A stretch of DNA of 64,000 nt from an uncultured Actinomycetota bacterium (GCA_963753435.1 CAVWCF010000001.1:704554-768553); one strand, 5' to 3'. Shown: positions 37,357 to 46,859, counted from the first letter of the stretch. Made by a program: numbers and translations. Notes: generated by a model from the letters alone, not told the origin.

Positions 37357-37438
37357 CCGCGGCACCTCCAAAACCTGTCGCAACTCTCTGCAGTTGTCGG
37401 CGCGACGGCTGCGGGGCTTGAGCGCTTAGGGCGGCGAA

Positions 37439-37480
37439 CGCGAGGAGGGCCCCGACCAGCAGGTCGGGGCCCTCCTCGCG
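37439..37480 (-). terminator. Perfect 19-bp GC-rich inverted repeat (4-nt loop) about 14 nt downstream of the rho stop. Putative rho-operon terminator or attenuator hairpin.
   Basis: cgcgaggagggccccgacc-agca-ggtcggggccctcctcgcg. No U-tract follows on the minus-strand transcript, so an intrinsic terminator is not assured. Confidence 0.4.
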
Positions 37481-37493
37481 GACAGGTGTGGTC

Positions 37494-39266
37494 TTACTCC
37501 TCGTCACCGTTCATTCCCGGCGTGGTCTGGGCCACGCTCATCAGGAACTGACGGTTGGTGGGTGCCTCGCGCAGCTTGTTCAGCAGCAACTCAATGGCCT
37601 GCTGTGTCTCCAGTGCATGCAGCACGCGCCGCAGTTTCCAGGTGACCTTCAACTCGTCGGAGCCCATGAGGAGCTCTTCCTTGCGGGTGCCGGAGGAGTC
37701 CACATCCACGGCCGGGAAGATGCGCTTGTCGGCCAGCCGCCGGTCCAGCTTGAGCTCCATGTTTCCGGTGCCCTTGAACTCCTCGAAGATGACCTCGTCC
37801 ATCTTTGACCCGGTCTCCACCAGCGCGGTGGCCAGCACCGTTAGGGAGCCACCGTTCTCGATGTTGCGGGCCGCACCGAAGAAGCGCTTGGGCGGGTACA
37901 GGGCGCTGGAGTCGACGCCACCGGACAGGATTCGCCCGGACGCGGGTGCCGACAGGTTGTAGGCCCGCCCCAGGCGGGTCATGGAGTCCAAAAGAACTAC
38001 GACGTCGTGGCCCATCTCGACCAGCCGCTTGGCGCGTTCGATCGCCAACTCGGCAACCGTGGTGTGGTCATCGGCAGGACGGTCGAAGGTCGAGGAGATG
38101 ACCTCACCCTTGACGGTGCGCTGCATGTCGGTGACTTCTTCGGGACGCTCGTCCACGAGGACCACCATCAGGTGGACCTCCGGGTTGTTCTCGGTGATCG
38201 CGTTGGCGATGGACTGCAGCACCATCGTCTTGCCGGCCTTCGGGGGCGAGACGATCAGGCCGCGCTGACCCTTGCCGATCGGCGCCACGAGGTCGATGAC
38301 TCGAGTGGTCAAGTCGCTGCTGGCCGTCTCCAACCGCAGCCGTTCGTTCGGGTACAGCGGCGTCAACTTGCTGAAGTCAACTCGGTCCCGGACCCCGTCC
38401 GGGGCCAGGCCGTTGACCGTGTCCACCCGGACGAGCGGGTTGAACTTCTCGCGGCGCTCACCCTCGCGCGGCTGTCGCACGGCCCCGGTGAGCGCATCGC
38501 CCTTGCGCAGCCCCATGCGGCGCACGAGGCCCATCGGGACATAGCAGTCGTCCGGGCCCGGCAGGTAGCCGCTGGTACGCAGGAATCCGTAGTTCTCCCG
38601 GATGTCGAGGATGCCGGCGACGGGCACCAGCACGTCGTCCTCGCCCAGAACTGGCTCATCGTCGCGACCTCGGCGGGCGCCCCGATCGCGGTCGCGGTCT
38701 CGGTCCCGACCCCGGTCGCGGTCACGGCCACGACGGCGCCGGCGGTTACCGCGGTCGTCATCACGGGGGCCGCGGGAGTCGTCGTCGCGGGGGCCACGGG
38801 AGTCGTCGTCGCGGTCACGACCACGGTCCCGGTCGCCACGGTCGGACTGGTTGCGGTCTGACTGGTTGCGGTCGGACTGGTTGCGGTCGGACTGGTTGCG
38901 GTCGCGGCCGGACTGCTGGCGGCCGGATTGCCCGTCGTTTCCAGCCTCGCGCTCACGTCCGCGCGGCCGGCTGGCCGCAGTCGACGGCTCATCGCCGGCA
39001 GGGGCGGACTCGCTGCTGCGGGAGTCGGTGCGGGCGGAGTCACGGCGTCCGGACTCGCTGCGCCCTGATTCGCTGCGCGCGGACTCGCTGCGACCAGAGT
39101 CCCGGCTGCCGCCGGCCTCGATGGCCGCAATCAGGTCGCCCTTGCGGAGCCGCTTGGCGCCAGCGATCCCCAGACCGCTGGCCATCTCCTGCAACTCGGG
39201 CAACTTCTTGCTGGACAGAGAGCCGCCGGACTTCGATCCGCGGGTCTCAGTATTGGTGTCGCTCAC
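37494..39266 (-). CDS. rho: Transcription termination factor Rho with an actinobacterial Arg/Asp/Ser-rich N-terminal insertion.
   Basis: N-terminal [11 protein letters not shown]...[30 protein letters not shown]. Long RD/RG/SE low-complexity region. C-terminal RecA-like core with P-loop [13 protein letters not shown]. 590 aa. Confidence 0.9.
   Translation of the reverse strand: MSDTNTETRGSKSGGSLSSKKLPELQEMASGLGIAGAKRLRKGDLIAAIEAGGSRDSGRSESARSESGRSESGRRDSARTDSRSSESAPAGDEPSTAASRPRGREREAGNDGQSGRQQSGRDRNQSDRNQSDRNQSDRNQSDRGDRDRGRDRDDDSRGPRDDDSRGPRDDDRGNRRRRRGRDRDRGRDRDRDRDRGARRGRDDEPVLGEDDVLVPVAGILDIRENYGFLRTSGYLPGPDDCYVPMGLVRRMGLRKGDALTGAVRQPREGERREKFNPLVRVDTVNGLAPDGVRDRVDFSKLTPLYPNERLRLETASSDLTTRVIDLVAPIGKGQRGLIVSPPKAGKTMVLQSIANAITENNPEVHLMVVLVDERPEEVTDMQRTVKGEVISSTFDRPADDHTTVAELAIERAKRLVEMGHDVVVLLDSMTRLGRAYNLSAPASGRILSGGVDSSALYPPKRFFGAARNIENGGSLTVLATALVETGSKMDEVIFEEFKGTGNMELKLDRRLADKRIFPAVDVDSSGTRKEELLMGSDELKVTWKLRRVLHALETQQAIELLLNKLREAPTNRQFLMSVAQTTPGMNGDEE
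38831..38890 (-). repeat. Four tandem copies of a 15-bp unit (gtcggactggttgcg) inside rho, encoding RNQSD repeats. A second 15-bp-period repeat lies at about 39048..39092.
   Basis: Direct reading of the sequence. Copies are perfect except for one mismatch. Confidence 0.6.
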
Positions 39267-39427
39267 TCGGTGTCCTTCATGGAGCGTGGATGGGAAGCAC
39301 CCGTGACTTGGGTCACTCGCGTTCGGTCACTGTCGACTCCGAACATTGCCAAGAGTCGAGGGAAGGTGACTGCGGAGAGCACCGGCCAGAACCGGCCCGG
39401 GTGCTGCCACAGCATACCACCCCGGCG

Positions 39428-40325
39428 TCAGGCGTCCTCGACAACCGCCCCGCGTGCCGGGGAAAGCACCCGCGCCGCGACCCCTTCCGGTGCCGTTGCG
39501 GCAATCGCGTCCAACTCGCCGGCGGCAGTGCTCAGCACCAGCACAGTGGGGCCGGCCCCGGAGATGAACGCAGCATGCCCGGCCGATCGCAATCTCTGCA
39601 CCAGCACCATCGATTCGGGGTACGCGCCGGTACGAGCGTCCTGGTGCAACCGGTCGGCAGTGGCCGCGAAGAGCAGACCAGGTTTGGCGGTCATGGCGAT
39701 CGGCAGGAGAGCGGCCCGGGCCGCGTTGGCAGTGGCGGTCTCGAACGGGACCGCCGCGGGAAGCAGCGCACGCGCGACTTCGGTGGAAACCTCCACCGCT
39801 GGGATCAGCGCAAGCGCGCGGATCTGCTCGTGCACCGGCAAGGAAATCGCCTCGCTTGCGCCGGCCTCGGACCACGCCAGGGTGAATCCGCCGAGAAGGC
39901 AGGCGGCCACGTTGTCCGGATGACCCTCCAACTCCGCCGCCAGCGGGAGAGCCGATTCCGGGGAGGTGTCCGCACCGGCCAAGTGCCGGGCCAGCAGGAC
40001 GCCGCAGGTGATGGCCGCGGCGGAAGACCCGAGACCACGTCCGTGCGGGATCCGGTTGGTGGCCCGAAGCCGTAGGCCGGGGACGGCAAAGCCCAAATCC
40101 GCCGCTGTCCGTTGCAGGGTGGCCACAACCAGATGCCGATCGTCCAACGGCACGGTGTCGGCGCCCTCGCCGACGACTCTCCACGTCAATCTGGTCCGCG
40201 ATGACTTCGACCGCCACCTCGTCGACGAGGTCCAGCGCCAGTCCGGCTACGTCGAAACCCGGGCCCAGGTTCGCGCTGGTCGCCGGGGCGCGGACGACAG
40301 CGCGGGCGCCGATCGGCAGGTCCAC
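39428..40325 (-). CDS. thrB: Homoserine kinase, apparently frameshifted (N-terminal motif in one frame, remainder in another).
   Basis: The GTG at 40325 abuts the thrC stop and encodes VDLPIGARAVVRAPATSANLGPGFDVAGLALDLVDEVAVEVIADQIDVE. That frame then degenerates. The -1 frame continues LTWRVVGEGADTVPLDDRHLVV...IPHGRGLGSSAAA (GHMP motif 2) to 39428. Junction near 40195-40205. Confidence 0.65.
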
Positions 40326-40326
40326 C

Positions 40327-41397
40327 TCAGGCGAGGTCAAGCAGGCTGGCTGCCGCGGCAGCGTCGATGGGCACCGTTTCCGGCTGCGGCGCACCCGCGA
40401 TCGCCCACTCCGGGTCCTTCAACCCGTTGCCGGTGACCGTGCAGACGATGCGCTGCCCCGGCTCCACCAGGCCCTCGGCATGTGCCTGCAGCAACCCGGC
40501 AACGCTGGCCGCGCTGGCTGGCTCAACGAACACGCCTTCGGTGCGAGCCAAGAGCCGATAGGCGGACAAGATCGCCCGGTCGGTGACAGCGTCAATTCGC
40601 CCGCCCGACTCGTCGCGCGCAGCTTCGGCCTGCTGCCACGAGGCCGGGTTGCCGATGCGGATGGCCGTGGCGATGGTCGACGGCTTGGCGACCGGCTCCC
40701 CGCGCACGATCGGCGCCGCACCAGCCGCCTGGAAACCCCACATCCGCGGGCGCGCGGAGATGCCGTCGTTGGCGTATTCGCAGTACCCCTTCCAGTACGC
40801 GGTGATGTTGCCGGCGTTACCGACCGGCAGGACGTGGATGTCCGGCGCCTGGCCCAACCCGTCGACGATCTCGAACGCGGCGGTCTTCTGGCCCTCGATG
40901 CGATCCGGGTTCACCGAGTTGACCAGCGCGACCGGATAGTTCTCCGACAGGTCGCGCGCCAAGGTGAGGCAGTCGTCGAAGTTGCCGTCCACCTGCAGCA
41001 GGCGTGCGCCGTGCGCCAACGCCTGCGACATCTTGCCGAGTGCGATCTTGCCTTGCGGGACCAGAACGGCGCAGACCATTCCCGCCCGCACGGCGTAAGC
41101 GGCCGCGGACGCCGAAGTGTTGCCCGTCGAAGCGCAGATGACGGCCTGGGCCCCCGCTTGTGCAGCCTTGGAGATGGCCATAGTCATGCCGCGGTCCTTG
41201 AACGAACCGGTGGGGTTGGCCCCCTCTACCTTCAGGTGGACCTCGCACCCGGTGCGCTCAGACAGGACCTGGGCCGGCACCAGCGGGGTGCCGCCTTCAC
41301 GCAACGTGATGACGGGCGTGTCCGCGGTCACCGGCAACCGATCCCGGTACTCCTCGATGACACCTCGCCACAGGTGCCTGGTCATTGTCGTGGTCAT
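40327..41397 (-). CDS. thrC: Threonine synthase.
   Basis: [22 protein letters not shown]-lysine motif. 356 aa. Confidence 0.9.
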   Translation of the reverse strand: MTTTMTRHLWRGVIEEYRDRLPVTADTPVITLREGGTPLVPAQVLSERTGCEVHLKVEGANPTGSFKDRGMTMAISKAAQAGAQAVICASTGNTSASAAAYAVRAGMVCAVLVPQGKIALGKMSQALAHGARLLQVDGNFDDCLTLARDLSENYPVALVNSVNPDRIEGQKTAAFEIVDGLGQAPDIHVLPVGNAGNITAYWKGYCEYANDGISARPRMWGFQAAGAAPIVRGEPVAKPSTIATAIRIGNPASWQQAEAARDESGGRIDAVTDRAILSAYRLLARTEGVFVEPASAASVAGLLQAHAEGLVEPGQRIVCTVTGNGLKDPEWAIAGAPQPETVPIDAAAAASLLDLA

Positions 41398-41401
41398 CGG
41401 G

Positions 41402-42691
41402 TCACTCCCCCACTACTCGCATGACGGATGCGATCGCCCGCACCACATCCAGGTCGGCCAACGCCGCCACCGTGGCCGCCAGTTCACCCTCGGTGGCCTC
41501 GTGGGTGACGACCAGCAGGCTGGCGTCGTCACCGTGCCCGTCCTGCCGCAGCGTCTCGATCGACACTGCGTGCTCGGCAAAGACCTCCGCAACCCGGGCC
41601 AGGACACCGGTCTTGTCGGCCACGTCCAGGTGCATGTAGTACCTGGTGCGGGCCCCGGCCACGTCGAGAACAGGCAGGTCCGCGTAGGCGGTGACGGCCG
41701 GCTCGCGGCCGCCCGAAAGCCGGTTCCGAGCCACCGCCACCACGTCCCCCAGGACGGCTGACGCGGTCGGTGCGCCACCTGCGCCACGGCCGTAGAACAT
41801 CAACTGCCCGGCGGCGTCGGACTCCACGAAGACCGCGTTGTAGGCCTCTCGCACGCTTGCCAACGGGTGCGTCCGCGGAACCATCGCCGGGTGTACGCGG
41901 ACATAGACCCCGCCGCCGTCGGGGCTGCGCTCACAGATCGCCAGCAGTTTGACCACGTAACCCATGCTGCGGGCGGTAGCAACCACGTCGGCGGACACGT
42001 CGACGATCCCCGTGACGGAAACGTCCCCCAGCGCCACTCCGGTGTGGAAGGCGAGCCCGGCGATGATCGCGGCCTTGGCAGCGGCATCCGCGCCACCCAC
42101 GTCGGCGGTCGGGTCGGCTTCGGCGTAGCCGAGCGCCTGGGCCTCGGCGAGCGCGTCGGCGAACGAGGCGCCGGTCTCATCCATTCGGGTCAGGATGTAG
42201 TTGGTGGTGCCGTTGACGATGCCGAGGACGCGCTGCACCCGGTCGCCAACAAGGGATTCACGCAAGGGCCGTAGCAGCGGGATCGCACCGGCAACGGCGG
42301 CCTCGTAGTAGATGTCGACCCCGTGCTCGTCGGCCGCTTCGTAGAGAGTCGCACCGTCCTCAGCCAGCAGCGCCTTGTTGGCACTGACGACGGCGGCGCC
42401 GTGGCTCATGGCCGATAGCAGCAGTGACCGCGCGGGCTCAATACCGCCCATGACCTCGATCACAATGTCGATGTCCGGCCTGGACACCAACCCGGCCAGA
42501 TCAGTTGTGTAGAGGGAAGGGTCCACCTCGAAGCCGCGCTCGGCGTCGAGGCGCCGCACCCCGATCCCGGCAAGGCGAAGCGGGGCTCCGGCGCGCGCAC
42601 CGAGGTCGTCGGCGGCGCTGAGCAGGCCGCGAGCGACCTCGGCCCCGACCGTCCCGGCGCCGAGCAAAGCGACGTTCAGCGGCTGAGTCAT
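41402..42691 (-). CDS. hom: Homoserine dehydrogenase.
   Basis: [19 protein letters not shown] Rossmann motif, a C-terminal ACT-like region. 429 aa. Confidence 0.9.
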   Translation of the reverse strand: MTQPLNVALLGAGTVGAEVARGLLSAADDLGARAGAPLRLAGIGVRRLDAERGFEVDPSLYTTDLAGLVSRPDIDIVIEVMGGIEPARSLLLSAMSHGAAVVSANKALLAEDGATLYEAADEHGVDIYYEAAVAGAIPLLRPLRESLVGDRVQRVLGIVNGTTNYILTRMDETGASFADALAEAQALGYAEADPTADVGGADAAAKAAIIAGLAFHTGVALGDVSVTGIVDVSADVVATARSMGYVVKLLAICERSPDGGGVYVRVHPAMVPRTHPLASVREAYNAVFVESDAAGQLMFYGRGAGGAPTASAVLGDVVAVARNRLSGGREPAVTAYADLPVLDVAGARTRYYMHLDVADKTGVLARVAEVFAEHAVSIETLRQDGHGDDASLLVVTHEATEGELAATVAALADLDVVRAIASVMRVVGE

Positions 42692-42724
42692 GCCACAACC
42701 TTCATGAACGGCATCCTCCCAGGC

Positions 42725-44107
42725 TCAACCGACGTCGGTGGCCAGCAGGTCCGCAACGGTCTCCCGGCGGATCAGGGTGCGCACCTCGCCACTGGTCAAC
42801 GCAAGTACCGGCGGGCGCGGCACGACGTTGTAGTTGCTCGCCATCGACCGGCAATACGCCCCGGTCGCCGCCACCGCCAGCAGGTCGCCGGCCGCCAGAT
42901 CCGCCGGCAGCCAGGCGTCGCGGACCACAACGTCGCCGCTCTCACAGTGCTTGCCGACGACCCGGGCCAGCATTGGCGGCGCATCGGAGGCACGACTGGC
43001 CAAGGCCACCGTGTAGTCCGCGTCGTACAGGGCGGTCCGGATGTTGTCGCTCATGCCGCCATCGACGCTGACGTAGGTACGCAACCCGTCCACGTTCTTG
43101 ACCGTGCCGACCTCATACAACGTCACCCCGGCCCGACCCACGATGGCTCGACCTGGTTCGACGGCCAGCCGCGGAATCGGCAGGCCGGCATCGGCACAGA
43201 CCCGTTCCACGATGCCGCGCAGTCGCGTCGCCAGTTCCGCCGGGCCCTGGGGGTCGTCCTCGCCCAGGTAGGCGATGCCGAACCCACCGCCCAGATTCAA
43301 CTCGGGCAAGGTCGCTTGATGCTCGTCCCGGATTGAGCTGAGCAGTCCGGCCACTCGCGCCGCGGCCACCTCGAAGCCTTCAGTGTCGAAGATTTGCGAA
43401 CCGATATGGCTGTGCAGGCCGACAAGTCGCAACGACGGCGACTTCAGCACTCGCCGCACGGCTTCGGCGGCGTCGCCCCCGGCGAGGGAGAAGCCGAACT
43501 TCTGGTCCTCGTGGGCGGTGGCAATGAACTCATGCGTGTGCGCCTCCACTCCGGTCGTGACCCGGACGAAGACCTCCTGCTGCGCGCCTCGTTCCTCGGC
43601 CAGGAACGCAAGACGTGCGATCTCGGCGAAGGAGTCGACGACGATCCGGCCCACGCCGGCATCGAGCGCCTGAGCCAGTTCAGCCGGGGACTTGTTGTTT
43701 CCGTGGACCAGGATCCGCTCCGGTGCGAACCCCGCCGACAGTGCGATCTCCAACTCCCCGCCGGTGCACACGTCCAGCGACAGGCCCTCTTCGGCCACCC
43801 ACCGGGCAAACCCACGGGAGAGGAACGCCTTTGCTGCGTAGTACACGTCGCCATCGGCGAAGGCCTCGCGCCAGCGACGCATCTCGTTGCGGGCCCCCTG
43901 CTCGTCCAGGACGATCGCGGGGGTTCCGAACTCCTCGGCGACACGACGGGCGTCGTGTCCGGCGATGCCGATGGCACCGTCGGCCTGCCGGTGCGCAGAC
44001 TCCGGCCACACGTGCGCATCCAGCGGGTTGAGGTCGTCGGGGGCGCCTTGGAGGGAATGGTCGACGACAAGGTCGCCATGACGAGGTCCAGCCGGGTGCG
44101 CACGCAT
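42725..44107 (-). CDS. lysA: Diaminopimelate decarboxylase.
   Basis: YAAKAFLSRGF (PLP Lys), GGGFGIAY, CESGDVVV. The track ORF is 460 aa. The true start may be slightly internal. Confidence 0.88.
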   Translation of the reverse strand: MRAHPAGPRHGDLVVDHSLQGAPDDLNPLDAHVWPESAHRQADGAIGIAGHDARRVAEEFGTPAIVLDEQGARNEMRRWREAFADGDVYYAAKAFLSRGFARWVAEEGLSLDVCTGGELEIALSAGFAPERILVHGNNKSPAELAQALDAGVGRIVVDSFAEIARLAFLAEERGAQQEVFVRVTTGVEAHTHEFIATAHEDQKFGFSLAGGDAAEAVRRVLKSPSLRLVGLHSHIGSQIFDTEGFEVAAARVAGLLSSIRDEHQATLPELNLGGGFGIAYLGEDDPQGPAELATRLRGIVERVCADAGLPIPRLAVEPGRAIVGRAGVTLYEVGTVKNVDGLRTYVSVDGGMSDNIRTALYDADYTVALASRASDAPPMLARVVGKHCESGDVVVRDAWLPADLAAGDLLAVAATGAYCRSMASNYNVVPRPPVLALTSGEVRTLIRRETVADLLATDVG

Positions 44108-44137
44108 GCGGCGGAGGGTACCTAGCCTGGAACGGGA

Positions 44138-45799
44138 CTACATGCGCTCGGGCGCGGTGACCCCGAGTAGGTCCAGTCCGTTGGCCAACACCTGGCGCGT
44201 GGCCGCGCACAGCAGGAGTCGCGACCGGTGCAGGTGGGTCACCTGCTCGTCGCCGCGTGGCAGCACGCGGCAGGAGTCGTAGAACTTGTGGTAGGCCGTG
44301 GCCAACTCCTCCAGGTAGCGCGCGACCCGATGCGGCTCGCGCAACTCCGCGGAACTGGCTACCACCGCCGGGAACCGGGCCAAGGTCGCCAGCAGTTCCT
44401 CCTCGGCGGGGTGCTCCAACAGGGCCGGCTCATAGGCGTCGGGGTCGACGGCCACGCCCACCTCAGCAGCGTTGCGAAGCAAAGAGGCGATACGCGCGTG
44501 GGCGTACTGGACGTAGAAGACCGGGTTGTCGTTGCTCTGCCGCACCAGGACGTCGAGGTCGAGCGTCAGCGGTGAATCGGTCGGATACCGATTCAGTTCA
44601 TACCGAGCCGCATCAACGCCGACCTCGTCGACAAGGTCCTCCAGCGTGACGATGTCTCCGGCGCGCTTGGACAGTCGGACCTCGACCCCGCCGCGAACGA
44701 TCTTCACCAACTGGCCGATGAGGACGTCGATGTGGGTTTCCGGATCGTCACCGGCGCAAGCGGCAATGGCCCGCAACCGGCCCACGTAACCGTGGTGGTC
44801 GGCGCCCAGTAGGTACAGGCAGCGGTCGAAGCCGCGTTCACGTTTGTCGACGTAGTAGGCGGCGTCGGAGGCGAAGTACGTGGTGTCGCCGTCGCTCTTG
44901 CGCAGGACTCTGTCCTTGTCATCGCCGAAGTCGGTGGTCCGCAACCACACCGCGCCGTCGGCTTCGAAGACGTGACCTTGCTCCTGCAGCTTGGCGAAAG
45001 CCCGCGGCACCGCCCCGGAATCGTGCAGGGAGCGTTCGGAGACCCAGACCGTGAAGTGAGTGCGAAAGCGATCCAGCACGGCTTGCTGCTGCTCCAACTG
45101 CAGCGCATAACCGGCCTCACGGAAGGCAACCATGCGCTCCGCTTCGGGCAAGGTCAGTATGTCCGGGTCCGCGGCAACAACCCGGTCGGCCAGATCGCGC
45201 ATGTATTCGCCGTGGTAGCCGTCCTCCGGCGGCCGGTTTCCCGCCGCCAACGCCGCCAACGACTCCCCGAAGCGGTCCATCTGCCCGCCGCGGTCGTTGA
45301 TGTAGAACTCCTCGTCGACGCTGGCCCCGGCGGCACGCAGCACCCGCGCCAATGCGTCCCCAACAGCCGCCCACCGGGTGTGGCCGAGGTGGAGGGGACC
45401 CGTGGGGTTGGCCGACACGAACTCCAGATTGATGCGTTGCCCGGCCAGGGAGTCCCCTGTCCCGTAGTCGGCTCCGGCGCGCAGGATCTCCGCAGCGACC
45501 GCGCCGGCAGCGGCCGCGTCCAGGGTCACGTTCAAGAAGCCCGGCCCGGCCACGTCGACCGCGGCGATCCCGGGCACGTCCCGCAACCGTGCCGCAATGA
45601 CGTCTGCCACCGCCCGCGGCGCCTTGCCGGCGGGCTTGGCCAGCCGCATGGCGACGTTCGTGGCCCAGTCGCCATGCTCCCGACTGCGCGGACGCTCCAC
45701 AGTCACCTCGGCCGGAATGGATTCCGGCGCCAAACCGAGTTCGCCGGCACTGTCCTGAACGGCCGCGACGATGGCGATGGACAGTTCGGCTGGGGTCAC
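44138..45799 (-). CDS. argS: Arginine--tRNA ligase.
   Basis: Class I HIGH motif (SANPTGPLHLGHTRWAAVGD) and a C-terminal anticodon-binding domain. 553 aa. Confidence 0.9.
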   Translation of the reverse strand: MTPAELSIAIVAAVQDSAGELGLAPESIPAEVTVERPRSREHGDWATNVAMRLAKPAGKAPRAVADVIAARLRDVPGIAAVDVAGPGFLNVTLDAAAAGAVAAEILRAGADYGTGDSLAGQRINLEFVSANPTGPLHLGHTRWAAVGDALARVLRAAGASVDEEFYINDRGGQMDRFGESLAALAAGNRPPEDGYHGEYMRDLADRVVAADPDILTLPEAERMVAFREAGYALQLEQQQAVLDRFRTHFTVWVSERSLHDSGAVPRAFAKLQEQGHVFEADGAVWLRTTDFGDDKDRVLRKSDGDTTYFASDAAYYVDKRERGFDRCLYLLGADHHGYVGRLRAIAACAGDDPETHIDVLIGQLVKIVRGGVEVRLSKRAGDIVTLEDLVDEVGVDAARYELNRYPTDSPLTLDLDVLVRQSNDNPVFYVQYAHARIASLLRNAAEVGVAVDPDAYEPALLEHPAEEELLATLARFPAVVASSAELREPHRVARYLEELATAYHKFYDSCRVLPRGDEQVTHLHRSRLLLCAATRQVLANGLDLLGVTAPERM

Positions 45800-45808
45800 G
45801 CGGGGAGG

Positions 45809-46348
45809 CTACCCGCGGGCATCCACTTGCACGTTGGCGTCCGCCTGCCAGACCCAATTGCCAGGATCGGCCAACAACTCCCCATCGACCCGGACCTCGA
45901 CCCCGCCGCAGATCGACCCAAGGCATTCAGCGTCGAAGCGAACCCCCCAGAGCGCGAACAGATCGGCGAGGCGGTAGTCGTCGATGCGGTCAGCGTCCAC
46001 CTCCTCAACCCAGACCGTGCCGTCGTCGGAGTGGGTGTGCAGAGCGGACTCGAGCGCGCGGACCCGGTCGCGGCCGATCTGCGCCGGGATCGTCACCCGA
46101 TCGCCGTTGACGAACACGACCAGTTGCGCCGTGCGGGATGCCTGCGGGCGGTAGCCGCTGTCCAGCACCGGCAGCCCGGCCGCCTCGATGTAGGAGATTG
46201 CGTCTCGTGGCGCATCCCACGGCGGCGGAGTCTGGCGGACTACGGCCGGTTGCGGTTCGGGCGCGGCCGGCGCGCAGGCGACCAGGGCCGAGAGCACGGC
46301 GAACAAGGCGATGCGGCGCACTCCGATGAGGCTACGTCTCGACTTCAC
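45809..46348 (-). CDS. Putative lipoprotein.
   Basis: After trimming the N-terminal part that reads through the tRNA gene: VKSRRSLIGVRRIALFAVLSALVAC|APAAPEP with a lipobox-like LVAC. About 180 aa. Function unknown. Confidence 0.4.
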   Translation of the reverse strand: MKSRRSLIGVRRIALFAVLSALVACAPAAPEPQPAVVRQTPPPWDAPRDAISYIEAAGLPVLDSGYRPQASRTAQLVVFVNGDRVTIPAQIGRDRVRALESALHTHSDDGTVWVEEVDADRIDDYRLADLFALWGVRFDAECLGSICGGVEVRVDGELLADPGNWVWQADANVQVDARG

Positions 46349-46393
46349 AGCGACGGAGCCACCCCGCTGCGCTGGTAGCGTTCGCCCTCCCGG

Positions 46394-46466
46394 GCCCCCG
46401 TAGCTCAGGGGATAGAGCATCGGCCTCCGGAGCCGTGTGCGCAGGTTCGAATCCTGCCGGGGGCGC
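46394..46466 (+). tRNA. tRNA-Arg (anticodon CCG).
   Basis: Cloverleaf read by eye: acceptor GCCCCCG/CGGGGGC, D-arm GCTC-AGGGGATA-GAGC, anticodon arm tcggc-CTCCGGA-gccgt (anticodon CCG), T-arm GCAGG-TTCGAAT-CCTGC, discriminator G. Coordinates +/-1. Confidence 0.75.
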
Positions 46467-46475
46467 CCATCGGGG

Positions 46476-46859
46476 TCACCCCACCAGCACGAGACCCCGT
46501 CGTTGCAGCGCCGCGCGCAGGGCCACGTCGAATCGAGCGACGGCACCGTCCAGGCCATCCAGTTCGGCGGCGGTAAGCACCACCTGCAACTCCCCGCCGA
46601 TTCGCGCAGCGACGAACGGTGCTGGCTGCTGCAACGCTCGCACTTCCTCGCCGCACTCGTTCAGGTGCAGCAACTCGAACCGGACTCCCAACCGTCCAAC
46701 CAGTTCGTCCCACTCGCGTTTGCGGCGGACAGGTGAGTGCGTCACGTCGCAGAGGGCGCAATGGCGCGTACCCCGAAGCTTGCCGAACACGTACGCCAAC
46801 TCGCCGCGGATGCCCCCGTCGGCGTCATAGACCCCGACGAACTCCTGGACCTGGTTCAT
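46476..46859 (-). CDS. Hypothetical protein.
   Basis: About 127 aa from MNQVQEFVGVYDADGG. Contains HCALCDVTH. No confident family assignment. Confidence 0.35.
   Translation of the reverse strand: MNQVQEFVGVYDADGGIRGELAYVFGKLRGTRHCALCDVTHSPVRRKREWDELVGRLGVRFELLHLNECGEEVRALQQPAPFVAARIGGELQVVLTAAELDGLDGAVARFDVALRAALQRRGLVLVG

Noticed and set aside
33783-37493. Mobile-element origin of the rpmE-rho insertion
   Set aside because: No transposase, integrase, recombinase or terminal inverted or direct repeats were found flanking the three-gene module. GC content and codon usage look native. It is treated as an operon insertion of unknown age rather than an identifiable mobile element.
38831-38890. 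Possible CRISPR array (short direct repeats)
   Set aside because: The repeats are 15 bp, contiguous with no spacers, in frame inside rho, and encode RNQSD peptide repeats. No cas genes anywhere in the window.
39327-40394. 355-aa ORF overlapping thrB
   Set aside because: Only its first 60 codons or so (from the GTG at 40325) carry the ThrB N-terminal motif. The remainder is nonsense. It is treated as the upstream half of a frameshifted thrB, not as an independent gene. A TTG restart giving a truncated ThrB was also rejected because it would lack the essential N-terminal ATP-binding motif.
45809-46558. 249-aa ORF whose N-terminus reads ...GRPRQDSNLRTRLRRPMLYPLSYGGP...
   Set aside because: That segment is the reverse translation of the tRNA-Arg gene. 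The ORF was trimmed to the downstream GTG (lipoprotein-like start) and the tRNA was called on the plus strand.
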